Source: Nitrospirota bacterium (lineage in GTDB: Bacteria; Nitrospirota; JACRHJ01). Taken from it: a DNA stretch of 15,387 nucleotides. The stretch lies in contig CAWJRJ010000008.1 in the NCBI GenBank assembly GCA_963845245.1, positions 1 through 15,387 of the forward strand, written 5' to 3'. Positions 1 through 8,972 of this stretch are shown here, one piece after another. The position numbers and the translations under genes are program-made. Below the pieces are notes generated by a model, which saw only the letters and a list, made by a program, of their open reading frames with translations, did no database searches and was not told where the DNA came from. Position 1 is the stretch's first letter, and each line of letters starts with the position of its first letter.

Positions 1-53
1 TCGGAGTTGGAGTCGGAGTTGGAGGCGGAGTTCGTGTTGGAGGTGGTGCTGGG

Positions 54-1411
54 GTGGTGACCGAAGCCGGCGTTGGCGTGCCGGTCGCATCGTTTAACAA
101 GCCAGAGGCCAGGCCTGCCGCAGTATCCGGCCCCATCGGCGAGAGGTACGTCCTTGATAACGGCATGGTGCTGCTTGTTAAGGAGAACCACGCCCTGCCG
201 GTGGTCACCGTGAGCATGATAATAAAGGCCGGGTCCGTGATGGAACCCCCAGATAAGGCGGGGCTCGCGCACCTGACCGCCGGGCTCCTCACAAAGGGTG
301 CGGACAAGATGTCCGCGAACGACATAAGCGAGGCGATAGATTTCGTCGGCGGCTCGCTCTCCACCGGCGGCTCGACCGACTACGCAACCGCCAACCTGAC
401 GGTGCTGAAGAAGGACCTGGATACCGGCTTTTCTCTTCTGGCTAAGGTGCTGACAAAACCGGCCTTCGAGCAGGCCGAGATAGACAGGCTGAAGAAGGCC
501 ATCAAGGCGGGCATCATACGCGAAGAGCAGGAGCCGGAGTCGGTCGCATCAAAGGCCTTCGCCAAGGCTGTATACGGCGCGGACAACCCGTATGGCCGTC
601 CGGTCGAGGGGACCGTAGAGACCATAGACAAGATCACGAGGAGACGACATAAAGGCGTTCCATGACAAATACTATGCGCCCAACAACTGCATAATGGCCG
701 TCGTCGGCGATATCACCGCGGCGGAGGCAAAAAACTTCGTAATGTCGTACCTGAGCGAATGGCCGAAGAAAGATGTAGCAACACCGGTGATCCCCGATAC
801 GCCACAGCCAACCGGCGTACAGATGGTCCAGATAGACAGGGACATCACACAGGCGAACATCCTGATGGGCCACCCGGCGGTGAACCGCGAGAACCCCGAC
901 TATTATAAGACTTTACGTGATGAACTATATCCTGGGCGGAGGCGGGTTCGCCTCAAGAATTCTGGACAAGGTCCGCGACGACATGGGCCTTGCTTACAGC
1001 GCATACAGCTACTTCATCGCAAACAAGTACCAGGGCTGCTATATGGCGGGCCTTGAGACGAAGAACCAGTCAGCAAAGACGGCGATAGACGAGACGCTGA
1101 AGATAATCGAGAACATGCGCAAGGAGCCTGTCACGGACAAGGAACTCCAGGACGCGAAGGACTACATAACCGGCAGCTTCCCCAGGAAGATGGACACGAA
1201 CTCAAAGATCGCCGAACTCCTCACCCAGGTGGAGTTCTATAACCTCGGCCTGAACTACTTCGAGATGTACGAGCGCGAGATTACCAAGGTAACGAAGGAG
1301 GACGTGCTTGAGGTCGCGAAGAAGTACCTGCACCCGGATAATATCTACATCATCGAGGTGGCTAATCTGAAGGAGGCGGGGGGAGAAAAGCAGGAGCAGA
1401 AGCCAAAGTAA
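54..1411 (+). CDS. M16 family (pitrilysin/insulinase-like) peptidase, probably the non-catalytic subunit; split by two +1 frameshifts (~641, ~910); true start uncertain
   Basis: Joined ORFs 54-665, 694-1056 and 917-1411 give typical M16 motifs: LDNGMVLLVKENHALPVV, GLAHLTAGLLTKGA (no intact HxxEH), NPYGRPVEGT, YYAPNNCIMAVVGD, NYILGGGGFASR..VRDDMGLAYS. Removing one base at each junction restores KITRDDIKAFHDKYY and YYKLYVMNYILG. Confidence 0.9.
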
Positions 1412-1436
1412 TATTTCAATACATTCAATGCAATGC

Positions 1437-1463
1437 AAAAGCCCCTCAAAAGAGGGGCTTTTT
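1437..1463. terminator. Bidirectional intrinsic terminator between the convergent M16 and mlaD genes
   Basis: AAAAGCCCCTC-AAAA-GAGGGGCTTTTT: GC stem flanked by A and T tracts, between stops at 1411 (+) and 1485 (-). Confidence 0.85.
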
Positions 1464-1484
1464 ATTTATGCTATATTAAATCGT

Positions 1485-2562
1485 TTAGAATACCGAGAAC
1501 TTCAGGTACTTCTTCGGGTCCTTCTTAAGGTCCAGGACAAGCGAGTCTGCGTCCTCAAAGAACTTGTTCATGTTGTTGTACAGCTTCTCGTCGGAGAGAA
1601 GCTTGCCAGCGCTCCCCTGGCCGCTCTCAAGCCGCCCCATCACAGTGTCAAGACGTGTGGACACCCTGTCGAGCTTTGCATAGAGGTCCTTGTCGTTTGA
1701 GAGCCTGGAGAGGTTGCCCTTGTTGAGGTTGTCCACAAGTTCCTTCGCACTGCTGCTCACGTCCTTCAGGTTGGCGGATACGTCGTGAAGGTTGCTGTAG
1801 AGGGCCTTGTCCTCGGAAAGTTTGGCCAGGCTGCCGTTGTTCAGCTTGTTCGACAAGCTCCCCGACCTTGTTGGATACAACCAATAAGTTGTTGTATAGC
1901 TGCGGGTCCTTTATAAGCTTCCCGGCCGTGCCTTTCCCGTTCTTTAATTCTGCAACCAGATCCTTTATGCTCTTCGCGGATTCGCTCAGCTCGTTATAGA
2001 GCTTTGGGTCCTTCAGGAACAGCCCCGCAGTGCCTTCGCCGCTCGTTATGTCGCCCATTACATCCTTCAACTGGCCTATGACCACGTTAAGCCCTTCAAG
2101 CCCGGAAGCCGCCCCGGACAGGACTCCTGAGAGCTGGGCCTCCTGGACATCCTTTATCGTTGCACCGGGCGGCATTACCGGCTGGGACGGCGTGCCGACG
2201 GATATGTCTATGTACTTGTCGCCGAGCAGGCCCAATGTTTTTATTGATACGATCGAATCCTTCCTGATGCGGTCAGAGTACTCTTTATCAATGGAAAGCT
2301 TTACGATGATCTTCTTGGACGCAGCATCAGACGAGAAGCTGATATCCTCGATGTTACCTACTTCAAGACCCGCCAGCCGCACCACGCTTCCGGTCTTCAG
2401 GCCCAATGAGTTGTCAAGGTATACAAAAAGGTTGTAGTATTTGGCAAAAAAACCCGATTTACCACCAAGCTGCATGATGCCGAAAGCCAGAAGGATAATG
2501 GCCACCAATGTAAGAATGCCAGCCCTGAGTTCAGACCAGCGTATGTTCCTGCTGGATTTCAT
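1485..2562 (-). CDS. mlaD: MlaD/MCE-domain protein with a long repetitive helical C-terminus; one +1 frameshift near 1850
   Basis: N-terminal TM helix, MCE motifs GLKTGSVVRLAGLEVGNI and TLGLLGDKYIDI. ORFs 1648-2562 and 1485-1880 join at KVGELV/NKLNN. Ends DLKKDPKKYLKFSVF and follows mlaE/mlaF. Confidence 0.88.
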
Positions 2563-3341
2563 CCCGCCTCCTCTCGCCGCACTATGGACGGCCCTAGCCC
2601 GCCAGGCTCGCAGGCATTAAACCCCGAATGCTGGAGAAAATTTTTCACTCTTTCATCCTCATTTGCGAGCAGCCCGCCCTTGTCACCGACATACACCAAG
2701 TTGCCTTCGTCAATAAACGCTATTTTTGATGCAACGCAAAAAGCAGCCGGGATGTCGTGGGTCACTACCACGGAGGCCACGCCTTCCTCAACCTTAAGTC
2801 TGTTGATGAGCATTGTAATATTATACGCATTTATAGGGTCAAGCCCCGCCGTCGGTTCATCGTATAACAATATCTTCGGAGAGGAGGCTATACCACGGGC
2901 TATGGCGACCCTTTTTTTCATCCCGCCTGAAAGCTCGGCCGGCATCTGGTCTATCGAGTCCTCAAGACCCACAAAGTGCAGGCACTTACGTACTTTGGCT
3001 TCAAGTTCTTCGCCGTCAACGCCTTTCTCCTTGAGCCTGTACCCTACGTTCTCGCCTACGGTAAGGGAGTCGAACAGGGCGCCGCCCTGGAATACCATGC
3101 CCATCTTTTCACGGACCTTGTAGATTTCGTCCTCGCCAAGCCCGGTTATCTCGTCGCCGTTCACGAAGACATGGCCGGAGTCCGGCCTGTAAAGCCCAAG
3201 TATGATACGCAGTATCGTCGTCTTACCCGAACCGGACGCGCCGAGCATCACCCCGGTCTCGCCCTTTTCAATGCCGAAAGATATGTCTTTCAGTATCGGG
3301 GTGTCCCCAAGGGTTAGGAATACGTTCTCTAGCCTGATCAT
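2559..3341 (-). CDS. mlaF: MlaF-type ABC transporter ATP-binding protein
   Basis: Walker A GASGSGKT, Q-loop GMVFQGGALFDSLTVGENV, signature LSGGMKKRVAIAR, Walker B LLYDEPTAGLDP, H-loop VVTHD. Confidence 0.93.
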   Translation of the reverse strand: MIRLENVFLTLGDTPILKDISFGIEKGETGVMLGASGSGKTTILRIILGLYRPDSGHVFVNGDEITGLGEDEIYKVREKMGMVFQGGALFDSLTVGENVGYRLKEKGVDGEELEAKVRKCLHFVGLEDSIDQMPAELSGGMKKRVAIARGIASSPKILLYDEPTAGLDPINAYNITMLINRLKVEEGVASVVVTHDIPAAFCVASKIAFIDEGNLVYVGDKGGLLANEDERVKNFLQHSGFNACEPGGLGPSIVRREEAG

Positions 3342-3354
3342 CCGGGTACTCTCA

Positions 3355-4146
3355 TCATACGCCTAAAAACAATTTTGTTATGAAAAAGTCCGAAACAAGT
3401 ATCAGTATGGACGAAAAGACCACGCTCTCCGTGGTGCTCCTGCCGACGCCCACGGTGCCTCCATGCGTGGTCAGGCCCATGAAGCATCCCACCATCGCAA
3501 TTATGAAGCCGAAGAAGACCGGCTTTATGACCCCTACCACAACATCCATATATTTCAGCGTGTCGAAGACGGAGGTCCAGTAAAAAGTCGAATCTATCTT
3601 GTACTGGCTGGCCGCGATGAGAAAACCGCCCGTGACACCTATAGTATCCGTAATAACCGTGAGCATAGGCAGCATCAGCATGCATGCGACCATCCTCGGC
3701 ACTACGAGTTTTTTTATCGGGTCGGAGCCTTCCACCTTCATGGCGTCGAGCTGCTCGGTATCGACCATCGAGCCGATCTCCGCGGCAATCCCTGAGCCAA
3801 CCCTGCCCGCCACCATAAGCGAGGACAGGACCGGCCCTAGCTCCTTTACCATCGAGAGCGACACCGCCATACCCACATACATCGTAGCACCGAACCTGCT
3901 GAGCAGGTAAGAAAGCTGAAGCGCGAAAACCATGCCAGTGAAGAGGCCTGTCAGTATGATGATGGGGATGGAACCGACGCCGATGGAGTCCATCTGGAAT
4001 ACCGTCTCGCCGAAGTAGCGTGGTTTCTTGAAGAGCGCGGCAATAGACACCCAGCAGAGCTCGAAGAACTCCTGCGTCACCAGAAGCGTTTCCTTTAGCC
4101 TGTGCACTAGATATGGAAGCGGCTCCGTAAACCCGTTTTCGCTCAC
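3355..4146 (-). CDS. mlaE: MlaE-type ABC transporter permease
   Basis: Hydrophobic 263 aa protein with KELGPVLSSLMVAGRVGSGIAAEIGSM..TEQLDAM, LVVPR and GVGRSTTESVV. Confidence 0.93.
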   Translation of the reverse strand: MSENGFTEPLPYLVHRLKETLLVTQEFFELCWVSIAALFKKPRYFGETVFQMDSIGVGSIPIIILTGLFTGMVFALQLSYLLSRFGATMYVGMAVSLSMVKELGPVLSSLMVAGRVGSGIAAEIGSMVDTEQLDAMKVEGSDPIKKLVVPRMVACMLMLPMLTVITDTIGVTGGFLIAASQYKIDSTFYWTSVFDTLKYMDVVVGVIKPVFFGFIIAMVGCFMGLTTHGGTVGVGRSTTESVVFSSILILVSDFFITKLFLGV

Positions 4147-4773
4147 GCTCTCTCCACCAGGACCGCCCTTGCGGGGGCCCCATCACCGCCCTCTATTTTC
4201 AATGGCAGACAAATAAGCTCGTACCACCCAGGGCCCACGCCCGAGAGGTCAAGCCCCTCCAGGATGACCACGCCAGCATTCAGAAAAGCCAGGTGTCCAG
4301 CGTGGTCCTTGCTGTGGTACTTCTCCACTGACATGTAATCTATCCCAACAAGCTTTACGCCAAGCGTAACCAGAAATTCGGCGGCATCGCCTGTCAGAGT
4401 GCGCAAAATCCTCATGGAAGACAGGGTCTTGCGAGAATTTCGAATTTTTTGTCTTGAACAGCAGCCTCTCGACATTTTCCAGCGGCGTCCTTTCCAGGAA
4501 CTCCCTGGTTATCTCATCAGACGTAACCTCCAACACCAGTGCCGGCCCGACAAAAGGCTCCAGCGGCATTGCATCGACTTTTGCGCCTTCCGGCAGGAAA
4601 TGAAACGGTGGGTCAACATGCGTCCCGGTGTGCGAACCCATGCAGTATTCCGACAGGTTCGCGGAGGACCCATAGCCTATTTCCTTGACCCTTTTCAAGG
4701 AGACCCCAGGGTCTCCGGGGTACACCAGCATGCCGTTTTTTATCGTCATGGATATGTCGTGGATTTTCATCAT
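4143..4773 (-). CDS. Cyclase family protein (kynurenine formamidase KynB-like metal-dependent hydrolase); one +1 frameshift near 4398
   Basis: HTGTHVDPPFHF motif, then in the second frame LVGIDYMSVE, H..L..GVVILEGLDL and LPLKIEGGDGAPARAVL. Removing one base gives HEDFAHLTGDAAEFL. Confidence 0.9.
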
Positions 4774-5681
4774 CCGTGCAGGGATTCCACATAGCGCTCG
4801 GCCTCGACAGCCGCAAGAGCGCCGTCGCCCACGGCAGTCGCAACCTGCCGCAAGGGGGTCTCACGGCAGTCTCCCACGGCGAACACCCCTTCCATCGAGG
4901 TCATCAGGAGCCTGTCCGTCTTGATAAACCCGTAATCGTCTTTTTCCACGTTTAAAAAGTCCGTATTCGGGGTAATACCCACAAAAAGAAAGACGCCTTC
5001 TACTGCAAGCGCGGAGGTCTCGCCGGTTACCGTATCCTTGAGCGTAACGCTGTTGACGCCCATAAAGTCGCCCTTGATCTCCTGCACGACCTTGTTGGTA
5101 TGGAACTCGAAGGCCGGGTTTCCCATCGCCTTCTCAAGGATGACCTTCTCGGCCCTGAACTTGTCGCGGCGGTGGATGATGTGCACTTTTTTCACTATCT
5201 TTGCGAGGAAGTTGCCCTCCTTTATCGCTGCGTCCCCGCCTCCTACGACTGCGACCTCGCGGTCCTTGAAGAAGAACCCGTCGCAGGTCGCGCAGAACGA
5301 AACTCCGCGCCCGATGAAGTCCGCCTCGCCCGGCACCCCAAGTCTCTTGGGCTTTGCGCCTGTGGACACGATCACAGCCCTCGCCTGCAGCGGGCCGTCC
5401 GAGGTCTCTACCTCCCGGTATGCGCCCTTGTCCGTGATCTTCATGACCTCCGAGAACTTGATCTCAAGGCCCAGATCCCTCGCCTGCTCCTCGAACGTCT
5501 TCATTAGTTCTATCCCGCCGACGCTTTTAAAGCCGGGGTAATTCTCTATCACGTCAGACATGCATATCTGCCCGCCGATGCCCATCTTCTCGAGCATTAC
5601 CGTCTTTAACTTCGCCCTCTGCGCATATATCCCGGCAGTCAAGCCACCGGGCCCCCCACCTACTATTATCAGGTCGTACAT
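4770..5681 (-). CDS. trxB: Thioredoxin-disulfide reductase
   Basis: FAD motif IIVGGGPGGLTA, redox motif GVSFCATCDG, NADPH motif VVGGGDAA, HRRDKFRA, GVFAVGD and RQVATAVGDG. Strong RBS upstream. Confidence 0.96.
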   Translation of the reverse strand: MYDLIIVGGGPGGLTAGIYAQRAKLKTVMLEKMGIGGQICMSDVIENYPGFKSVGGIELMKTFEEQARDLGLEIKFSEVMKITDKGAYREVETSDGPLQARAVIVSTGAKPKRLGVPGEADFIGRGVSFCATCDGFFFKDREVAVVGGGDAAIKEGNFLAKIVKKVHIIHRRDKFRAEKVILEKAMGNPAFEFHTNKVVQEIKGDFMGVNSVTLKDTVTGETSALAVEGVFLFVGITPNTDFLNVEKDDYGFIKTDRLLMTSMEGVFAVGDCRETPLRQVATAVGDGALAAVEAERYVESLHG

Positions 5682-5719
5682 ATAGCTCCCTTTCCTCCTT
5701 TTATTGGTAAAATCAGATT

Positions 5720-5748
5720 ATTTTAACCGCAAGAACGGAGGAATACAA
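5720..5748 (-). promoter_or_regulatory. Putative sigma70 promoter for the trxB operon
   Basis: Minus strand TTGTAT-17 nt-TAAAAT in the 79-bp AT-rich gap upstream of trxB. Confidence 0.55.
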
Positions 5749-5760
5749 GGCAAATTGAAT

Positions 5761-6165
5761 TCAATCCCTGAGCACCCAGAAAGACTCCTTGAACTCAGGG
5801 GTAACAATGCTGTCAAGGATGTTGCGCCTCGATATGCTCCCAGCAAGCTTGCCGTCCCTGACGACAGGTACCCTAAGCAAGTGCTTATCCGCCATGATGT
5901 CTATGAGCCTGTCGACCGGCATGTCTTCTTCCACGCAAATCGGGTTGCGGCTCATCATTTCGTCTACTGTCACCTCGTCAATGCCCTTGCCGCCCCTGAT
6001 GGCCTTAAGGATGTCAAACTCCGAGATGATACCGACGACAAACCCTTCGTCGTCTACTACTGGCAGGCTGGAGTGCTCCCCGGAGAGCAGCTTCATTGCA
6101 ATGTCCCTGCCCTTGGCCGTCTTTCTGGCCGCCTTTACCCTTCCCATTATGTCTTTTGCAAGCAT
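5761..6165 (-). CDS. Stand-alone CBS-domain pair protein
   Basis: AKDIM, SSLPVVDDEGFVVGIISEFDIL, VDEMMSRNPICV and RVPVVRDGKLAGSISRRNIL. RBS AAGGAGGGG upstream. Confidence 0.92.
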   Translation of the reverse strand: MLAKDIMGRVKAARKTAKGRDIAMKLLSGEHSSLPVVDDEGFVVGIISEFDILKAIRGGKGIDEVTVDEMMSRNPICVEEDMPVDRLIDIMADKHLLRVPVVRDGKLAGSISRRNILDSIVTPEFKESFWVLRD

Positions 6166-6195
6166 AGCCCCTCCTTTAATTCTTTAATTTTTTTA

Positions 6196-6204
6196 ATTAT
6201 ATCA
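6196..6204 (-). promoter_or_regulatory. Putative extended -10 promoter for the CBS gene
   Basis: Minus strand TG-A-TATAAT about 30 nt upstream of the ATG. No good -35 at canonical spacing. Confidence 0.5.
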
Positions 6205-6232
6205 TAAGTATTTACTTTATATGGCATTAAAC

Positions 6233-6266
6233 AAAAAAAGCCCGGAAGCGTTCGCTTCCGGGCTTT
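6233..6266 (-). terminator. Intrinsic terminator of the NHL/Fn3 gene
   Basis: Minus strand AAAGCCCGGAAGCG-AA-CGCTTCCGGGC followed by T7, 13 nt after the stop at 6280. Confidence 0.9.
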
Positions 6267-6279
6267 GAAGTCCAGGGCT

Positions 6280-8394
6280 TTATTTGTTGTTTTTCCCTTT
6301 TGGAGCAAGTGTAAAGCTCCAGCTTGGGGCAGGCTCGAATACCACGTTTTGAGAGATCTTGTTTCCGGCTGTATTGGGGACCGCCATAACCAGGTACCCA
6401 CCAGCCTGTGACAACTTCAGAATTATCTTCCACTCGCCGTTTCCGACATACTTGAAAAGACCGGCAGGGCTCCCGACTACATTAGGCTTGACCTCGACCC
6501 AGTTACCACCGGAGTTTAAGTAAAGCTTCGGTACGGGGTTCCCGATATCCGCAGGACCGACCGGCTGGCCGTTCTTTGTAATCCTAAACGACACGGGGAC
6601 CGCGCTACCCGGGTTATAAGTCCCACCGCCTCTACCCGCCCCGGAAACTCCGGCAGTCAATGCCATTGCCGTCTGTACGCAGACTTTACTGCTCGGCATG
6701 GAAGTGTTTCCCGCATTGTCAAACGACTCTACGTAAAAACAATACTCGCTGCCGTTTTCTTCAACAGATACGGAATAATTAGTCGTAGTAGTCGTGCCGA
6801 CCAATATGTTGTTGCTGTTGAATATCTTGTAACCAGCCGCTCCCCCTTCGCATTTGTCGGCTGACGGGCTCCATGTCAGCGTAACAACCGGCCCCGCTGC
6901 AGTTGCCGTAAGATTTCCGGGCACTGCCGGCGGCACCAAGTCCGGCGTGGTAATGCATTCAGTCGCACAACCGGCCGACTCTGTGCCCTGCGCATTATAG
7001 GCTACCACCGAATAGCAGTAACTCGTGCAGTCTGACACATTTGTGTCGGAGTAGCTGTAGTTTGCGGCCCCTGTCTCCGCGATATCCGCAACCAGAACAG
7101 TACCTTTTCCGTAAACCTTGTACCCGGTCACATTGTTCTTGTCAGCGGGCGGCAGCCAGGTTATCAGGTTCGATGCGCTCTGGCCGTTTGACTGCGTGTT
7201 CACGCTTACCGCCTGTGGACATTCGGGGATTGGAGAGGCAAGTATTACCTTGCGTATCCGGTTGTTGTATGTATCCGCAATGAGCATGTTCCCTGAAGGC
7301 GAGATCGATGCCCTCATTGGGGTTTTCAATGCGGCATCGACTGCAGCCGACCCGTCTCCGCTGTACGTTGCCGTTCCGTTTCCGGCTATGGTTACAATCT
7401 CCCTGGTTGTGGCGTCGATCTTTCTTATCCGTTGATTATTCGCGTCCGCTACATACATATTCCCTTTACTATCCAACCCTATCCCGCGCATGTACGGGCC
7501 AAAGCTTGCAAGGCGAGCATCTCCCCCGTCGCCAGAAAATCCAGTACTGCCATTTCCTGCATATACTGAGAGCATCCCTGTCTGTGAATCTATCCTGCTG
7601 ATCCTGTTCGTCCCTGTTGGCTCTACAATGTAGATGCTGCCATCTGCATCTATCGCTATGCCGGACGGCCCGCCAAGAAAGGCGTTGATTGCCAGCATTT
7701 CCTCTGACCATGGGGTGCCGTAATAGCCCAGACCTGCAACCACGGATATTATACCTGTCGCAGCGTCCACTTTCCTGATCTCATAAGCGCCCCACTCGCC
7801 TATATACAGGTTGCCTGATTTATCCAGGGCGATACTCTGCGGACCTACCAGGGTGGCCAGTACTGCCGGCCCCCCGTTTCCGGCAGGTGCGGCACCTGGT
7901 TGGCCGATGCCGGCTACTGTTGTTATTATACCGGTCTTCAGGTCTATTTTTCTTATGCTGGCATTGCCTGTATCGCACACGTAAAGGTTTCCGTTCCCGT
8001 CCAACTCCAGGTCATAGGGCATGGCCAAAAGCGCATCGACTGCAGGCCCGCCATCCCCGGCAAACCCCCTATAATTGCCTGCAATGGTGGACATCGCTCC
8101 GGTTACAGCGTCCACCTTACGTATCCGGTTGTTGTACGTATCCGCAATGTATACATTACCGTCTTTGTCTTCCACCGCATCAAACGGCTGGAACAGTACG
8201 GCGTCGGTAGCAAGCCCGCCATCTCCGGCAAAGCGGACTCCAGCCACACTGGCCGCCCCCCTGCCTGCAATAGTTGTTATGGTCCCTACATCGTCAGCAA
8301 CGGCAATTCCAGTGGAGACCAAAATCGATAACACAGCCGCTGTAATCGAGTACCTTAGAATCCGCCCGAACTTCAAAAGATCTAGCGTCTCCAT
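6280..8394 (-). CDS. Secreted NHL-repeat beta-propeller protein with two Fn3 domains and a PxKF-like C-terminal domain
   Basis: ATG at 8394 follows AAGGAGGGAG (alternative ATG at 8415). Signal peptide RILRYSITAAVLSILVSTGIAVA-DD. Six repeats of GN.YIAD..N.RIRK.D..TG.I.T.AG with GDGG.A..A.L linkers. Fn3 motifs ITW..P..VTGYKVY..YSVVAYN and LTWSPS..GYKIF..VESFDNAGNTS. The PxKF assignment (GSAVPVSFRI) is by resemblance only. Confidence 0.85.
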   Translation of the reverse strand: METLDLLKFGRILRYSITAAVLSILVSTGIAVADDVGTITTIAGRGAASVAGVRFAGDGGLATDAVLFQPFDAVEDKDGNVYIADTYNNRIRKVDAVTGAMSTIAGNYRGFAGDGGPAVDALLAMPYDLELDGNGNLYVCDTGNASIRKIDLKTGIITTVAGIGQPGAAPAGNGGPAVLATLVGPQSIALDKSGNLYIGEWGAYEIRKVDAATGIISVVAGLGYYGTPWSEEMLAINAFLGGPSGIAIDADGSIYIVEPTGTNRISRIDSQTGMLSVYAGNGSTGFSGDGGDARLASFGPYMRGIGLDSKGNMYVADANNQRIRKIDATTREIVTIAGNGTATYSGDGSAAVDAALKTPMRASISPSGNMLIADTYNNRIRKVILASPIPECPQAVSVNTQSNGQSASNLITWLPPADKNNVTGYKVYGKGTVLVADIAETGAANYSYSDTNVSDCTSYCYSVVAYNAQGTESAGCATECITTPDLVPPAVPGNLTATAAGPVVTLTWSPSADKCEGGAAGYKIFNSNNILVGTTTTTNYSVSVEENGSEYCFYVESFDNAGNTSMPSSKVCVQTAMALTAGVSGAGRGGGTYNPGSAVPVSFRITKNGQPVGPADIGNPVPKLYLNSGGNWVEVKPNVVGSPAGLFKYVGNGEWKIILKLSQAGGYLVMAVPNTAGNKISQNVVFEPAPSWSFTLAPKGKNNK

Positions 8395-8444
8395 AACTCC
8401 CTCCTTTATCACCATTTACTATCATTAATTAAGACTATTTAATA

Positions 8445-8460
8445 AGCAACATTAATGCCA
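8445..8460 (-). promoter_or_regulatory. Putative sigma54 (RpoN) -24/-12 promoter for the NHL/Fn3 gene
   Basis: Minus strand TGGCATTAATGTTGCT matches TGGCAC-N5-TTGCW with one mismatch and exact GG-N10-GC spacing, 50 nt upstream of the ATG. Confidence 0.7.
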
Positions 8461-8616
8461 TTTAATAAAACTCTGTAACCTCCGATAAAGGTAATACCCC
8501 GAATATTAACATCTTTTAACCATCCAAATTCTGCGCGTTTTGGCTCATAAATAAAGATGGTCTCTGCTCGATTGTGAGCTACTAATTCACGGTGAAAGAA
8601 CACGGGAAATTTGGTC

Positions 8617-8647
8617 TTGAATACCGGTATTGTTTTTATGATAAATT
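8617..8647 (+). promoter_or_regulatory. Possible sigma70-type promoter region for gatC containing a 12-bp palindrome
   Basis: TTGAAT (8617-8622), AATACCGGTATT (8620-8631) and TG-A-TAAATT (8639-8647). Spacing is non-optimal. Confidence 0.3.
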
Positions 8648-8681
8648 GTAAATTTCATTACTATTTAGGAGGTTTTTCTCC

Positions 8682-8970
8682 ATGAAGATCACGGTTGAAG
8701 AAGTAGAACACGTAGCGAAGCTCTCCAGGCTCACGTTCAGCCCGGAGGAGACGGCGGTTTTCACAAAGCAGCTCGACAATATCCTGGGGTATGTCGACAA
8801 GCTGAACGAACTAGACACCACCGGCATCGAGCCGACATCCCACGTGCTGCCCGATCAAGAACGTGTTCAAGGTCGATGAGCCCAGGCCGTCCCTTACCCC
8901 GGACGAGGCGCTTGCAAACGCGCCGGAGCGTTCCGGTGACTTTTACAGGGTGCCGAAGATAATTGAATAA
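8682..8970 (+). CDS. gatC: Asp/Glu-tRNA amidotransferase subunit C; one +1 frameshift near 8852
   Basis: MKITVEEVEHVAKLSRL..QLDNILGYVDKLNELDTTGIEPTSH. After removing one base it continues IKNVFKVDEPRPSLTPDEALANAPERSGDFYRVPKIIE*. RBS AGGAGG. Confidence 0.95.
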
Positions 8971-8972
8971 CC

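Noticed and set aside
1412..1440. Short TTCAAT/CAATG repeats after the M16 stop
   Set aside because: Too short and AT-rich to distinguish from chance.
1428..1700. 90-aa plus-strand ORF after the M16 gene
   Set aside because: Runs through the terminator and antisense to mlaD; no RBS or motif.
3338..4186. 282-aa alternative-frame ORF overlapping mlaE on the same strand
   Set aside because: Arg/Gly/His-rich shadow translation of GC-rich DNA with no motifs; mlaE explains the region.
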